64,000 nucleotides of DNA, from assembly GCF_028288205.1 (NCBI RefSeq), contig NZ_JAQBOD010000055.1:36434-100433 (forward strand), given 5' to 3'. Below, one piece after another: positions 1-9,082 of the stretch; position 1 is the stretch's first letter, and each line of letters starts with the position of its first letter. A program made the position numbers and the translations under genes. Below the pieces are notes generated by a model that was given only the letters and a program-made list of their open reading frames with translations, had not been told where the DNA came from and ran no database searches. This DNA is from Mucilaginibacter sp. Lineage in GTDB: Bacteria; Bacteroidota; Bacteroidia; Sphingobacteriales; Sphingobacteriaceae.

Positions 1-17
1 CTAATTAACATTTTCCT

Positions 18-50
18 TGCATATTTAAAATTTAATGCAAACTTTTGCAT
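18..50. promoter_or_regulatory. Overlapping AT-rich palindromes (TGCAT-N12-ATGCA at 18-39; ATGCAAA-CT-TTTGCAT at 35-50) upstream of the arg operon; candidate ArgR-type operator
   Basis: Half-sites read directly. They lie about 270 nt upstream of the first arg-operon CDS. The resemblance to AT-rich ARG-box palindromes is from memory only. Confidence 0.2.
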
Positions 51-83
51 CAAATTTTAAATAAAACAAACATTATAATTAAA

Positions 84-206
84 ATGAATCTGCAAACCTT
101 AAATAAGCCCACTGTAAGAGCAATTATTGCTCCGGTTGCCGCTGCTTTGGTTTCAACTGTTTTATTTTCTCCATCACGACGAAGGCTATTTATCCCGCGG
201 GTTTAA
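84..206 (+). CDS. Candidate 40-codon upstream ORF, MNLQTLNKPTVRAIIAPVAAALVSTVLFSPSRRRLFIPRV, with three consecutive Arg codons (CGA CGA AGG, 177-185)
   Basis: Hand translation, ATG 84 to TAA 204-206. It sits in the leader of an arginine biosynthesis operon. It could be a chance ORF. Confidence 0.15.
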   Translation: MNLQTLNKPTVRAIIAPVAAALVSTVLFSPSRRRLFIPRV

Positions 207-322
207 TTGCTAAGCTATCCTATTGCCCGTCACCGAAGTTTTTTAAACTTCTTCAACAAAAAATCATCTAATTACTTAAGGTTTAACAAACCATTATTTT
301 AACAGTAATTTTTCTATTTACA

Positions 323-991
323 ATGACTATACAAGATTTTGATATTCAGGTTGCTTCTGCCCAGCATGTAGACTATGCCCCTATCATTTGCGATGAGATG
401 GCAGAGTCGGCAAAGGCACGTGGCACGGGCATTGCCCAACGCTCGCCTGAGTATGTTGCCGATAAAATGCTGGAAGGCAAAGCGGTTATCGCGCTATATA
501 AAGATGGTACCTGGGCAGGTTTTTGCTATATTGAAACCTGGAGCCACGGCGACTTTGTGGCTAACTCTGGCTTAATAGTAGCGCCGCAATACCGTAAAGT
601 AGGTTTAGCTAAGGCTATTAAGCATAAAATATTCGAGCTTTCAAGAACAAAGTACCCTGAAGCAAAGCTATTTGGCCTAACAACCGGACTGGCCGTAATG
701 AAGATAAACTCTGAGTTAGGCTACGAACCGGTAACTTATTCTGAACTTACGCAGGATGAGGATTTTTGGAAAGGCTGCAAAAGCTGCGTTAATTATGATA
801 TATTAACCATGAAAGAGCGCAAAAACTGCATGTGTACCGCTATGCTTTTTGATCCGGCAGAGAAAGCAAAAGATGCGGAGAAGAAAGAGAATGATGATGA
901 CAAGCTTAGAAAAATAACACACAAAGCCACTTTATTTGAGCGTATTGAAAACGCCATTAAAAGTTTTGGTCAGGACTTGAAAGTATTTTAG
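323..991 (+). CDS. GNAT-family acyltransferase, first gene of the arginine operon (putative N-acyl-glutamate synthase)
   Basis: 222 aa. Acetyltransferase core (QYRKVGLAKAI..., LFGLTT) and position ahead of argG/argC/argD/argF'. Confidence 0.75.
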   Translation: MTIQDFDIQVASAQHVDYAPIICDEMAESAKARGTGIAQRSPEYVADKMLEGKAVIALYKDGTWAGFCYIETWSHGDFVANSGLIVAPQYRKVGLAKAIKHKIFELSRTKYPEAKLFGLTTGLAVMKINSELGYEPVTYSELTQDEDFWKGCKSCVNYDILTMKERKNCMCTAMLFDPAEKAKDAEKKENDDDKLRKITHKATLFERIENAIKSFGQDLKVF

Positions 992-994
992 ATA

Positions 995-1028
995 GAGGTT
1001 AAAGGTAAAAGGCGAAAGGTTAAAGGTA
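995..1028. repeat. Left arm of the 34-nt inverted repeat flanking the four-helix-bundle gene
   Basis: GAGGTTAAAGGTAAAAGGCGAAAGGTTAAAGGTA. It is the reverse complement of 1390-1423 at 30/34 positions. Confidence 0.9.
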
Positions 1029-1391
1029 ATGAGAGATTATAAAAAACTCGATGTATGGAAAAAATCACATTTACTGACAAAGCAAATGTATAAAGATGTT
1101 TTGCCATTAATGCCTATTGAAGAGCGCTTTGCTTTAACCAGCCAATTACGTCGGTCAACTTACTCGATTCCTTTAAATATTGTAGAAGGGTGTGGTAAAA
1201 ACACCGATAAAGATTTTGCACATTATCTGGATAATGCTTTGGGTTCGACCCTTGAAGCAGAATATACTTGCTATTTAATTTTCGATCTTGATTATATTAC
1301 CCAAGATCAATACGATTTAATAAACTCATTAATTAACGAAGTAAAGGCAATGTTAATTTCATTTATAAATTTTTTAAGAAATGGAAAATAA
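1029..1391 (+). CDS. Four-helix-bundle protein (23S rRNA intervening-sequence protein family, TIGR02436/PF05635-like)
   Basis: 120 aa. Typical N-terminus YKKLDVWKKSH and motifs LRRS..SIPLNIVEG and F..YL..A.GS..E. Confidence 0.85.
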   Translation: MRDYKKLDVWKKSHLLTKQMYKDVLPLMPIEERFALTSQLRRSTYSIPLNIVEGCGKNTDKDFAHYLDNALGSTLEAEYTCYLIFDLDYITQDQYDLINSLINEVKAMLISFINFLRNGK

Positions 1392-1423
1392 CCTTTTACC
1401 TTTCTCCTTTTACCTTTTACCTC
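1390..1423. repeat. Right arm of the 34-nt inverted repeat flanking the four-helix-bundle gene
   Basis: AACCTTTTACCTTTCTCCTTTTACCTTTTACCTC. It starts inside the stop codon and ends 1 nt before the argG ATG. Confidence 0.9.
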
Positions 1424-1424
1424 A

Positions 1425-2618
1425 ATGAAAAAGAAAGTAGTACTTGCCTACAGCGGCGGATTAGACACCTCATTTTGCTGCATTTATCTAACGCGTGATT
1501 TAGGTTACGAGGTACACTCAGTAATAGTAAACACTGGCGGTTTTAGTGCTGAAGAATTGAACCAGGTGGAAAAGCGCGCTTATGAAATGGGTGTAACATC
1601 GCACCATGTAGTTGATGAGACCGAGAATTTTTACAATACCTGCGTACGTTACCTTATATATGGTAATGTATTAAAAAATAACACCTACCCTCTTTCTGTA
1701 AGTGCGGAGCGCGTTAGTCAGGCAACCGCTATTGCTAACTATGCCAAAGAAATTGGTGCCGAATATGTGGCTCATGGCAGCACAGGCGCCGGTAATGACC
1801 AGGTTAGGTTTGATATGATATTTAATATTCTTATCCCCGAAGTGGGCATCATCACTCCTATTCGCGATCTGAAATTAAGTCGTGAAGCCGAGATAGAATA
1901 CCTTAAAAAGCACGGCGTTGAAATGAACTTTGAAAAAGCGAAGTACTCTATCAACAAAGGCATTTGGGGAACATCAGTTGGTGGTAAAGAAACTTTAACC
2001 TCAAACTTAGGTTTGCCGGAAGAGGCATGGCCAACACAAGTCAGTGAGTCTGAAGTCAGGAGCCTTGAGTTAATTTTTGAAAAGGGTGAATTAGTTGGTA
2101 TAGATGATGAAAGATATGATCATCCGACCAAAGCTATACAGTCTTTACAGGCTATCGCTCAACCTTATGGTATTGGCCGTGATATACACGTTGGCGATAC
2201 TATTATAGGCATTAAGGGCCGTGTTGGCTTTGAAGCTGCCGCGCCGATGATCATTATTAAAGCTCATCATACTTTAGAAAAACATACCTTAACCAAATGG
2301 CAGTTAACGTGGAAAGACCAACTATCTGTGTTTTACGGTAACTGGCTGCACGAAGGGCAGTTTCATGATCCTATTATGCGTAATATGGAAGCATTTTTAA
2401 CTGATACGCAGAAGAATGTAAGCGGCAAAGTATTTGTACAATTGCATCCTTATCGTTTCCAAATAATTGGTATTGAGTCGGATCATGACCTGATGTCGAA
2501 CAAATTTGGCAGCTATGGTGAAATGAATAATTCATGGAGTGGCGAGGATGTAAAAGGGTTCTCAAAAATATTTGGTAACCAGGTAATGATCTATCATAAA
2601 GTTAACGGACCTGAATAA
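1425..2618 (+). CDS. argG: Argininosuccinate synthase
   Basis: 397 aa. N-terminal AYSGGLDTS ATP-binding motif and GSTGAGNDQVRF. Confidence 0.95.
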   Translation: MKKKVVLAYSGGLDTSFCCIYLTRDLGYEVHSVIVNTGGFSAEELNQVEKRAYEMGVTSHHVVDETENFYNTCVRYLIYGNVLKNNTYPLSVSAERVSQATAIANYAKEIGAEYVAHGSTGAGNDQVRFDMIFNILIPEVGIITPIRDLKLSREAEIEYLKKHGVEMNFEKAKYSINKGIWGTSVGGKETLTSNLGLPEEAWPTQVSESEVRSLELIFEKGELVGIDDERYDHPTKAIQSLQAIAQPYGIGRDIHVGDTIIGIKGRVGFEAAAPMIIIKAHHTLEKHTLTKWQLTWKDQLSVFYGNWLHEGQFHDPIMRNMEAFLTDTQKNVSGKVFVQLHPYRFQIIGIESDHDLMSNKFGSYGEMNNSWSGEDVKGFSKIFGNQVMIYHKVNGPE

Positions 2619-2968
2619 TGAATACGGTATTTTCAAAAGGCGAATGTATTGAGCATTATACCTGGGGCGATGATTGCCATGGGTGGACCTTTGTTGATAC
2701 CGAAGCGCTATCCGTCAAGCAAGAATTAATGCCGCCTGATACGGCTGAAAAGATGCATCATCATGAAAAGGCTATCCAATTTTTCTTTATTTTAAGGGGA
2801 AGGGCCAAGTTTACTATTGATGGTAAGGTGATTGAACTAAGGGAGCAGCAGGCCATACAGATCAATCCAAATCAGAAGCATTTTATAGCTAATCATCAAA
2901 ATACCGACCTGGAGTTTATTTTATATTCTTATCCATCAACAAAAAATGACAGAATTGAGATCAAATAA
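2618..2968 (+). CDS. Cupin-domain protein embedded in the arg operon
   Basis: 116 aa. HHHEKA...F.ILRG......G motif pattern. Its start overlaps the argG stop (TAATG) and its 3' end overlaps argC by 23 nt. Confidence 0.65.
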   Translation: MNTVFSKGECIEHYTWGDDCHGWTFVDTEALSVKQELMPPDTAEKMHHHEKAIQFFFILRGRAKFTIDGKVIELREQQAIQINPNQKHFIANHQNTDLEFILYSYPSTKNDRIEIK

Positions 2969-3944
2969 AATAAAAGCCGGAATAATTGGTGGTGCGGGCT
3001 ATACCGGCGGTGAAATGCTGCGGATATTAATTAACCACCCCAACGTAGATATTGCCTTTGTAAATAGTACCAGCAATGCCGGTAATTATATTTACGAGGT
3101 GCATACCGATCTGTTCGGTGATACAGAGCTAAAATTTTCGGACGGACTACAAACCGACATAGATGTACTATTTTTATGCGTCGGCCATGGCGATGCTAAA
3201 AAGTTTTTAGAGGCTAACGCGATACCTGATAATGTGAAGATTATTGACCTAAGCCAGGATTTTAGGTTGAGTAAAAATTCAAAAACAGGTTCAAAAAGTT
3301 TCGTTTACGGTTTACCAGAATTAAACAGGGGCGCTATTAAATCGGCACAAAATATAGCAAACCCGGGCTGCTTTGCTACCTGCCTGCAATTAGGTTTATT
3401 GCCATTAGCCAGCAAAGGATTATTAAATAGCGAGGTTCATATTTCGGCTACAACTGGTTCTACAGGTGCTGGTCAGAGTTTGGCTGCTACCTCTCACTTT
3501 ACCTGGAGAAATGATAATCTTTCGGTTTATAAGGTTTTTAATCACCAGCATTTAAGTGAGATCGGCGAATCTTTAAAACAACTACAACCTACATTTGATC
3601 AAACTTTAAATTTCATACCATATAGGGGCGATTTTACAAGAGGCATTTTTGCATCTATTTATATGGATAGCGAGTTATCCGAAGAAGAAGCGTTGAAGCT
3701 TTATGAGGACTTTTTTGCAGGTCACCCATTTACCCATGTAACCGACAGGAATATAGACCTTAAACAAGTGGTAAATACCAATAAAGTATTTTTACAGGTT
3801 AAGAAACATGGTAATAAACTATTTATTATAAGCATGTTAGATAATTTACTTAAAGGCGCCTCGGGTCAGGCGGTTCAGAACATGAACCTATTATTTGGCT
3901 TTGATGAGCGCGCAGGATTACGACTTAAGGCGACGGGCTTTTAG
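2946..3944 (+). CDS. argC: N-acyl-gamma-glutamyl-phosphate reductase
   Basis: 332 aa. GIIGGAGYTGGE NAD-binding motif and active-site NPGCFAT. Confidence 0.93.
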   Translation: MTELRSNKIKAGIIGGAGYTGGEMLRILINHPNVDIAFVNSTSNAGNYIYEVHTDLFGDTELKFSDGLQTDIDVLFLCVGHGDAKKFLEANAIPDNVKIIDLSQDFRLSKNSKTGSKSFVYGLPELNRGAIKSAQNIANPGCFATCLQLGLLPLASKGLLNSEVHISATTGSTGAGQSLAATSHFTWRNDNLSVYKVFNHQHLSEIGESLKQLQPTFDQTLNFIPYRGDFTRGIFASIYMDSELSEEEALKLYEDFFAGHPFTHVTDRNIDLKQVVNTNKVFLQVKKHGNKLFIISMLDNLLKGASGQAVQNMNLLFGFDERAGLRLKATGF

Positions 3945-4005
3945 CCCCGAGCCACCTCGAAACACTGTATTAAGTATCTAAATTTTATACCTTATCTAAA
4001 TAAAA

Positions 4006-5133
4006 ATGAAATTATTCGACGTATATCCTATTAACCCTATCAATATTGTAAAAGGTGTTGGCAGTTTGGTTTATGATGATAAAGGACAAGAATACCTGGA
4101 CCTGTATGGCGGCCACGCTGTTATCTCTATCGGCCATACTAATACGCATTATGTAAAACGGTTAGAAAATCAATTACATCAAATAGGATTTTATTCTAAC
4201 TCAATAGAAATTCCTTTACAAAAAGAATTAGCCGAGAAATTAGGTCGTGTATCAGGTAAGGAAGATTACCAGTTATTTTTAGTTAACTCGGGCGCTGAAG
4301 CCAATGAGAATGCTTTAAAACTGGCCTCTTTCTATAATGGCAAAAAGAAGGTTATCGCATTTACCGGTGCTTTCCACGGACGGACATCATTAGCAGTAGC
4401 AGTTACAGACAACCCAAAGATAGTTGCCCCTGTTAATGAAACAGATAATGTAATTTTCGTTCCATGGAAAGATGAGGCAGCTTTAGAACAGACTTTTGTT
4501 GATAATGAAATATCATCAGTAATTATTGAAGGTATACAGGGAGTTGGTGGTATACAGGTTGCACCGGAAAGTTTCCTGCAAAAAATAAGGTCGCTTTGCG
4601 ATACCCATAACGCGGTATTTATTGCAGATGGTATACAATGCGGATACGGACGGACAGGCAAGTTTTATTCGCATGATTTTGCCGGGATAAATGCAGATAT
4701 TTATACTATGGCTAAAGGAATGGGTAACGGTTTCCCTATTGGGGCCATAAGTATATCGCCAAAAATACAGCCCGCATATGGTATGTTGGGTACTACTTTT
4801 GGAGGCAACCATTTGGCCTGCGCTGCTGCGTTAGCAGTATTAGAAGTAATGGAACAGGATAATTTACTGCAAAATGCAGCTACAGTTGGTGCATATTTAA
4901 TTGATGAATTGAAGAAATTCAAACAGGTTAAAGAAGTGCGTGGACGTGGCCTAATGATAGGCATAGAACTGCCTGCCGAATATGCACACGCCAAAAAGGA
5001 CCTGCTATTTAAACATCATATATTTACCGGCGAGGCTAAACCAAACGTGATCAGGCTGCTGCCGGCATTAAATTTAACCAAAGCACATGCTGATCAATTT
5101 TTAGAGGCTTTTACAACTGTAATCAATAAATAG
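4006..5133 (+). CDS. argD: Acetyl/succinyl-ornithine aminotransferase (class III PLP aminotransferase)
   Basis: 375 aa. GGHAV...GH, AFHGRT and the FIADGIQCGYGRTGKF motif. Confidence 0.9.
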   Translation: MKLFDVYPINPINIVKGVGSLVYDDKGQEYLDLYGGHAVISIGHTNTHYVKRLENQLHQIGFYSNSIEIPLQKELAEKLGRVSGKEDYQLFLVNSGAEANENALKLASFYNGKKKVIAFTGAFHGRTSLAVAVTDNPKIVAPVNETDNVIFVPWKDEAALEQTFVDNEISSVIIEGIQGVGGIQVAPESFLQKIRSLCDTHNAVFIADGIQCGYGRTGKFYSHDFAGINADIYTMAKGMGNGFPIGAISISPKIQPAYGMLGTTFGGNHLACAAALAVLEVMEQDNLLQNAATVGAYLIDELKKFKQVKEVRGRGLMIGIELPAEYAHAKKDLLFKHHIFTGEAKPNVIRLLPALNLTKAHADQFLEAFTTVINK

Positions 5134-5137
5134 CATA

Positions 5138-5219
5138 TCATTTCGACCAGCGGGAGGAATCTATACATTAGTTGGATATTTGCTTAGCATGTATAGATTT
5201 CCCGCTGCGCTCGAAATGA
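5138..5219. repeat. REP-like palindrome, family A (TCATTTCGA...GGAATCTATACAT / ATGTATAGATTTCC...TCGAAATGA)
   Basis: Arms of about 31 nt at 5138-5168 and 5189-5219, imperfectly complementary. Located between argD and argF'. Related copy at 21691-21798. Confidence 0.85.
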
Positions 5220-5238
5220 CAAAGAATTTTAATAAATT

Positions 5239-6186
5239 ATGAAACTATTCTCTTCCGTTAACGACGTAACCGATATTAAAGCACTTGTTGCCGAAGCATT
5301 GGAGTTAAAGCAAAACCCTTACGCGCACCAGCATTTGGGTAAAAACAAAACATTGGGACTGGTTTTTCTTAACCCAAGCTTACGTACGCGCATGAGCACG
5401 CAGAAAGCTGCCCTTAACCTGGGGATGAACGTTATGGTGCTTAATGTAGATAAGGAAGGATGGGCATTAGAGCTTCGTGACAACGTTGTAATGAACGGCA
5501 CTACTGTAGAGCACATTCGCGAAGCTGCGGCTGTTATGGGGCAGTATGTGGACATTATAGGGGTACGCTCTTTTCCCGGACTAAAAGATCGTAATGAGGA
5601 TTATGCCGAAGTAGTATTTAATAAGTTTGTTGAGTTTTGCGGTGTGCCGTTGGTAAGTTTAGAATCGGCCACCCGTCACCCACTACAAAGTTTAGCCGAT
5701 CTGATCTCTATAGAAGAATTAAAAACTAAAGCACGCCCTAAAGTTGTATTAACCTGGGCACCACATATTAAGCCACTACCACAGGCTGTACCAAACTCTT
5801 TTGCCGAATGGATATGTAAGGCTGATGTTGATTTTACTATTGCCCAACCTGCCGGTTATGAACTTTGTACCGATTTTACACAAGGCGCTACCATCACCAC
5901 TAACCAGGATGAGGCTTTAGCTGACGCTGATTTTATTTACGTAAAAAACTGGTCGGCTTTTGAGCCTTACGGGCAGATATTCCCGGGTAATGAAGATTGG
6001 ATGCTGACCAATGAAAAATTAAAGATCACCAACAATGCAAAGGTAATGCATTGCTTACCAGTGCGCCGTAATTTGGAGTTATCAGCTGAGGTTTTAGACG
6101 GACCGAACTCAATTGTGGTTCACGAAGCTGGTAATCGTGTATGGGCAGCTCAGGCAGTATTGAAGCAAATGTTGGAGAGTTTATAA
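5239..6186 (+). CDS. argF': N-succinyl (or N-acetyl)-ornithine carbamoyltransferase, AOTCase/SOTCase subfamily
   Basis: 315 aa. SLRTR, HPLQSLADL, HCLPVRRN and the proline-rich loop WAPHIKPLPQAVPNS typical of the acyl-ornithine transcarbamylases. Confidence 0.85.
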   Translation: MKLFSSVNDVTDIKALVAEALELKQNPYAHQHLGKNKTLGLVFLNPSLRTRMSTQKAALNLGMNVMVLNVDKEGWALELRDNVVMNGTTVEHIREAAAVMGQYVDIIGVRSFPGLKDRNEDYAEVVFNKFVEFCGVPLVSLESATRHPLQSLADLISIEELKTKARPKVVLTWAPHIKPLPQAVPNSFAEWICKADVDFTIAQPAGYELCTDFTQGATITTNQDEALADADFIYVKNWSAFEPYGQIFPGNEDWMLTNEKLKITNNAKVMHCLPVRRNLELSAEVLDGPNSIVVHEAGNRVWAAQAVLKQMLESL

Positions 6187-6210
6187 ACTTATATGGCAAA
6201 ATTGAAATAA

Positions 6211-7458
6211 TTATTTACCATCAGGCTTAATTGATGCGTTAATAACCCTATTCAAGGTTAACCCCTGCACTATCACCGAGAATATCACTATAAAATAACT
6301 ACCTGCCAATATAATATGCCGATAGGGACTGGCAGGTAATGATAGCGCCAACGCAATTGATATGCCCCCACGCAATCCTGCCCAGGTAAGAATATTTACA
6401 CTGCTATAACTAATATTTAATGTACGACGCAAAAAAGTTAAGGGTAAACTAATACTTAGCCAACGTGCTATTAATATCACAAATATTCCCACCCCACCTA
6501 TCAACCAGTAATTATTTAAATAGGGTAAATTGATCATTTGCAGGCCTATCATTACAAATAAAATTGTGTTTAGCATTTCATCTATTAGCTGCCAAAACTT
6601 CTCGAGCGCCTGGTGCGAGTGCTCAGTACTATCAATATTTATAGTTTGGTTACCGGCAAATAACCCGGCGCACACAACAGCCAACGGGATAGAAAAATCC
6701 ATAAACGCAGCTACAACAGAAATGCTCATAACTAATGCAAGTGATACCAAAACAATGGTTTGAAAATCAGTAATGGTTTTCATTAGCCGGAAAGCAATAA
6801 AACCAAATACAATTCCCAAAATGATTCCACCAAACACCTCACGAATAAATAAAATGCTTGTTTTGGCAAAATCTAATTTGTCGCTGCCTGACTGCGTAAA
6901 CTCTAATATGGTAATAAATAGTACCAGCCCTATACCATCATTAAATAAGGATTCGCCGGAAATTATAGTTTCCAGGTTTACCGGCAATTTTGAATTTTTG
7001 ATGATCGCTCCTACTGCTACCGGGTCGGTTGGCGAAATCAGCGCACCAAATAAAAAGCAGTAAACCAACGGCACATGGATATGAAACAGCGTGGTAACAC
7101 CATAAAACAATCCACCAAAAATAGCGGTTGAAAATATAACCCCTAACGTACTTAGTATAAATACGGGCCGCATTTCTTTTTTTAATCTTTTAGTATTTAA
7201 TGAAAACGAACCGGAGAAAAGTAAAAAACCCAGCATAATGTTTAATACCGTGCTCGAAAAATTTATATTCTTTGCCAGTAACGTAAGATATCGTTCAATG
7301 CCTGGGTTTAGCTTATCAATAGTAATAGTTATTACCGATACCAGTATAGCTATAGTAACTATACCAATTGTACCCGGTAGTTTTATAAAGCGGGCATTAA
7401 TGTAGGAGTAGATGGCACTCACTATAACCAATAAAGCAATAATTACAAACAGATCCAT
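6211..7458 (-). CDS. Na+/H+ (cation:proton) antiporter, CPA1/NhaP-like
   Basis: 415 aa polytopic membrane protein. Contains SPTDPVAV and ESLFNDG motifs. Confidence 0.8.
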   Translation of the reverse strand: MDLFVIIALLVIVSAIYSYINARFIKLPGTIGIVTIAILVSVITITIDKLNPGIERYLTLLAKNINFSSTVLNIMLGFLLFSGSFSLNTKRLKKEMRPVFILSTLGVIFSTAIFGGLFYGVTTLFHIHVPLVYCFLFGALISPTDPVAVGAIIKNSKLPVNLETIISGESLFNDGIGLVLFITILEFTQSGSDKLDFAKTSILFIREVFGGIILGIVFGFIAFRLMKTITDFQTIVLVSLALVMSISVVAAFMDFSIPLAVVCAGLFAGNQTINIDSTEHSHQALEKFWQLIDEMLNTILFVMIGLQMINLPYLNNYWLIGGVGIFVILIARWLSISLPLTFLRRTLNISYSSVNILTWAGLRGGISIALALSLPASPYRHIILAGSYFIVIFSVIVQGLTLNRVINASIKPDGK

Positions 7459-7484
7459 TTTAATGGTATTAAGTTATGACTATA

Positions 7485-8786
7485 TTACTTTTCAGGTTCA
7501 ACCGTTCTGGTTTGACGGTTAAAACTTCTTATTATTAAGCGGTTATCACTGTTTTTGGTAAAATAATTTATGGCCCAGGTTAAAAAAACCGACGTTTTAT
7601 TTGAAAAGCCCGCTAACGACATGATATGTACAAAACCCCATAAAAGCCAGGCAAAAAATCCCTGGAAATGTAGCCTGCCCAAATCTGCTACCGATTTATT
7701 ACGCCCAATGGTAGCCAGCGTACCTTTATCATGATATTTAAAAGGTTCTGTCGGTTCTGCATTTATTAAATGAACCAGGTTTTTGGCCAGCCATGCCCCT
7801 TGTTGTATAGCTGCAGGTGCAACACCCGGATGGCCGTTAGGATATTCTTCGCTTATTATAGCTGATACATCCCCTATAGCAAAAATATTTTGATAGCCCT
7901 TTACCCTATTTATTTCATCGGTTTGTATGCGCGAGCCACGGGTTAACGTAGCATTTGTTATTCCCTGGGGTACCTCGCCCATTACACCTGCTGCCCAAAA
8001 TACGTTACGGGTTTTTATCGTCATTCCATCATCTATCTTTAATATTAACCCGTCATAGCTTTCTACATGAACGCTGTTATATATGGTAACATCATTTGCC
8101 AAAAGAAACTGTTTAGCCTTTTTTGAAGCCCCGTCAGACATTGCTGCCAGTAGCCTGTCTTTGCCTTCTACCAAATAAACGTTCATGTCATGTTTACTCA
8201 GTCCATGATAATCTTTTTGCAGAATTAAATGTCGCATCTCGGCTAAAGCCCCTGAAAGTTCAACGCCTGTAGGGCCGCCTCCTACTACTACAAAAGTCAT
8301 TAAGGCATCTTTCTCGTCTTTTTCTTTGGTTATCATGGCCATCTCTAAATGCTGTAGAATAAGGCCCCGTAAGTTTAATGCCTCCGGTACATTTTTCATT
8401 GGCATTGCACAATTTTCAATTGTTGTATTACCAAAAAAGTTGGTATTTGAGCCTGTTGCAATAACCAAATAATCATAATGAATATTGCCTATATTGGTTG
8501 TAAGGATATTTGTTTCAGGGTTAATAGCTTCTACATGAGCCAGATTAAAACTAAAATTGTCCTGACAGGTAAATATTCTACGGATAGGAAAAGCGATAGA
8601 ATCGGCCGGAATAGCACCCATTGCCACCTGGTATAATAAAGGCTGAAAGGTATGGTAATTGTGCTTATCAAGCATTAGTATATCAACCGGTGCTTTTTTG
8701 AGTTTTTTTGCCAATTGTAAACCAGCAAACCCGCCGCCAATAATTACTACGCGGGGTTTGCTATTTTTTTGTTGATCCATGTACAA
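7485..8786 (-). CDS. ndh: Type II NADH:quinone oxidoreductase (NDH-2)
   Basis: 433 aa. Two dinucleotide folds (VVIIGGGFAGL, VVVGGGPTGVE) and the IFAIGD motif. Confidence 0.9.
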   Translation of the reverse strand: MYMDQQKNSKPRVVIIGGGFAGLQLAKKLKKAPVDILMLDKHNYHTFQPLLYQVAMGAIPADSIAFPIRRIFTCQDNFSFNLAHVEAINPETNILTTNIGNIHYDYLVIATGSNTNFFGNTTIENCAMPMKNVPEALNLRGLILQHLEMAMITKEKDEKDALMTFVVVGGGPTGVELSGALAEMRHLILQKDYHGLSKHDMNVYLVEGKDRLLAAMSDGASKKAKQFLLANDVTIYNSVHVESYDGLILKIDDGMTIKTRNVFWAAGVMGEVPQGITNATLTRGSRIQTDEINRVKGYQNIFAIGDVSAIISEEYPNGHPGVAPAAIQQGAWLAKNLVHLINAEPTEPFKYHDKGTLATIGRNKSVADLGRLHFQGFFAWLLWGFVHIMSLAGFSNKTSVFLTWAINYFTKNSDNRLIIRSFNRQTRTVEPEK

Positions 8787-9082
8787 TAGTATGCAATAAA
8801 CATTGTGTTTGTAAAGGCCTCATTTTCATAATTGTGTAAATATATTAACATTAATGATGCCAAACCACGTATAGTTAGTTGTTACCACTGTGATATTATT
8901 ATCATTTATATTATATATGATTGGTTGTATTTACAGTAGCATATACAATAGTTTTACTACTTTTTTGTCACATTAAGCAGTTTTGTGATTTTATTTAGTT
9001 AAAAGAAGTATTTTTTTAGACCGCATCTCCTTATTTAACCTATTATTTAGCTATTTTTACCCTTTAATATCAAATATCATCA

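Noticed and set aside
207-322. Intrinsic terminator or attenuator hairpin after the RRR leader ORF
   Set aside because: The only hairpin (GAAGTTT-TTT-AAACTTC) is A/U-rich and has no following U-tract. I could not find a mutually exclusive antiterminator. It is kept only as a caveat inside the leader finding.
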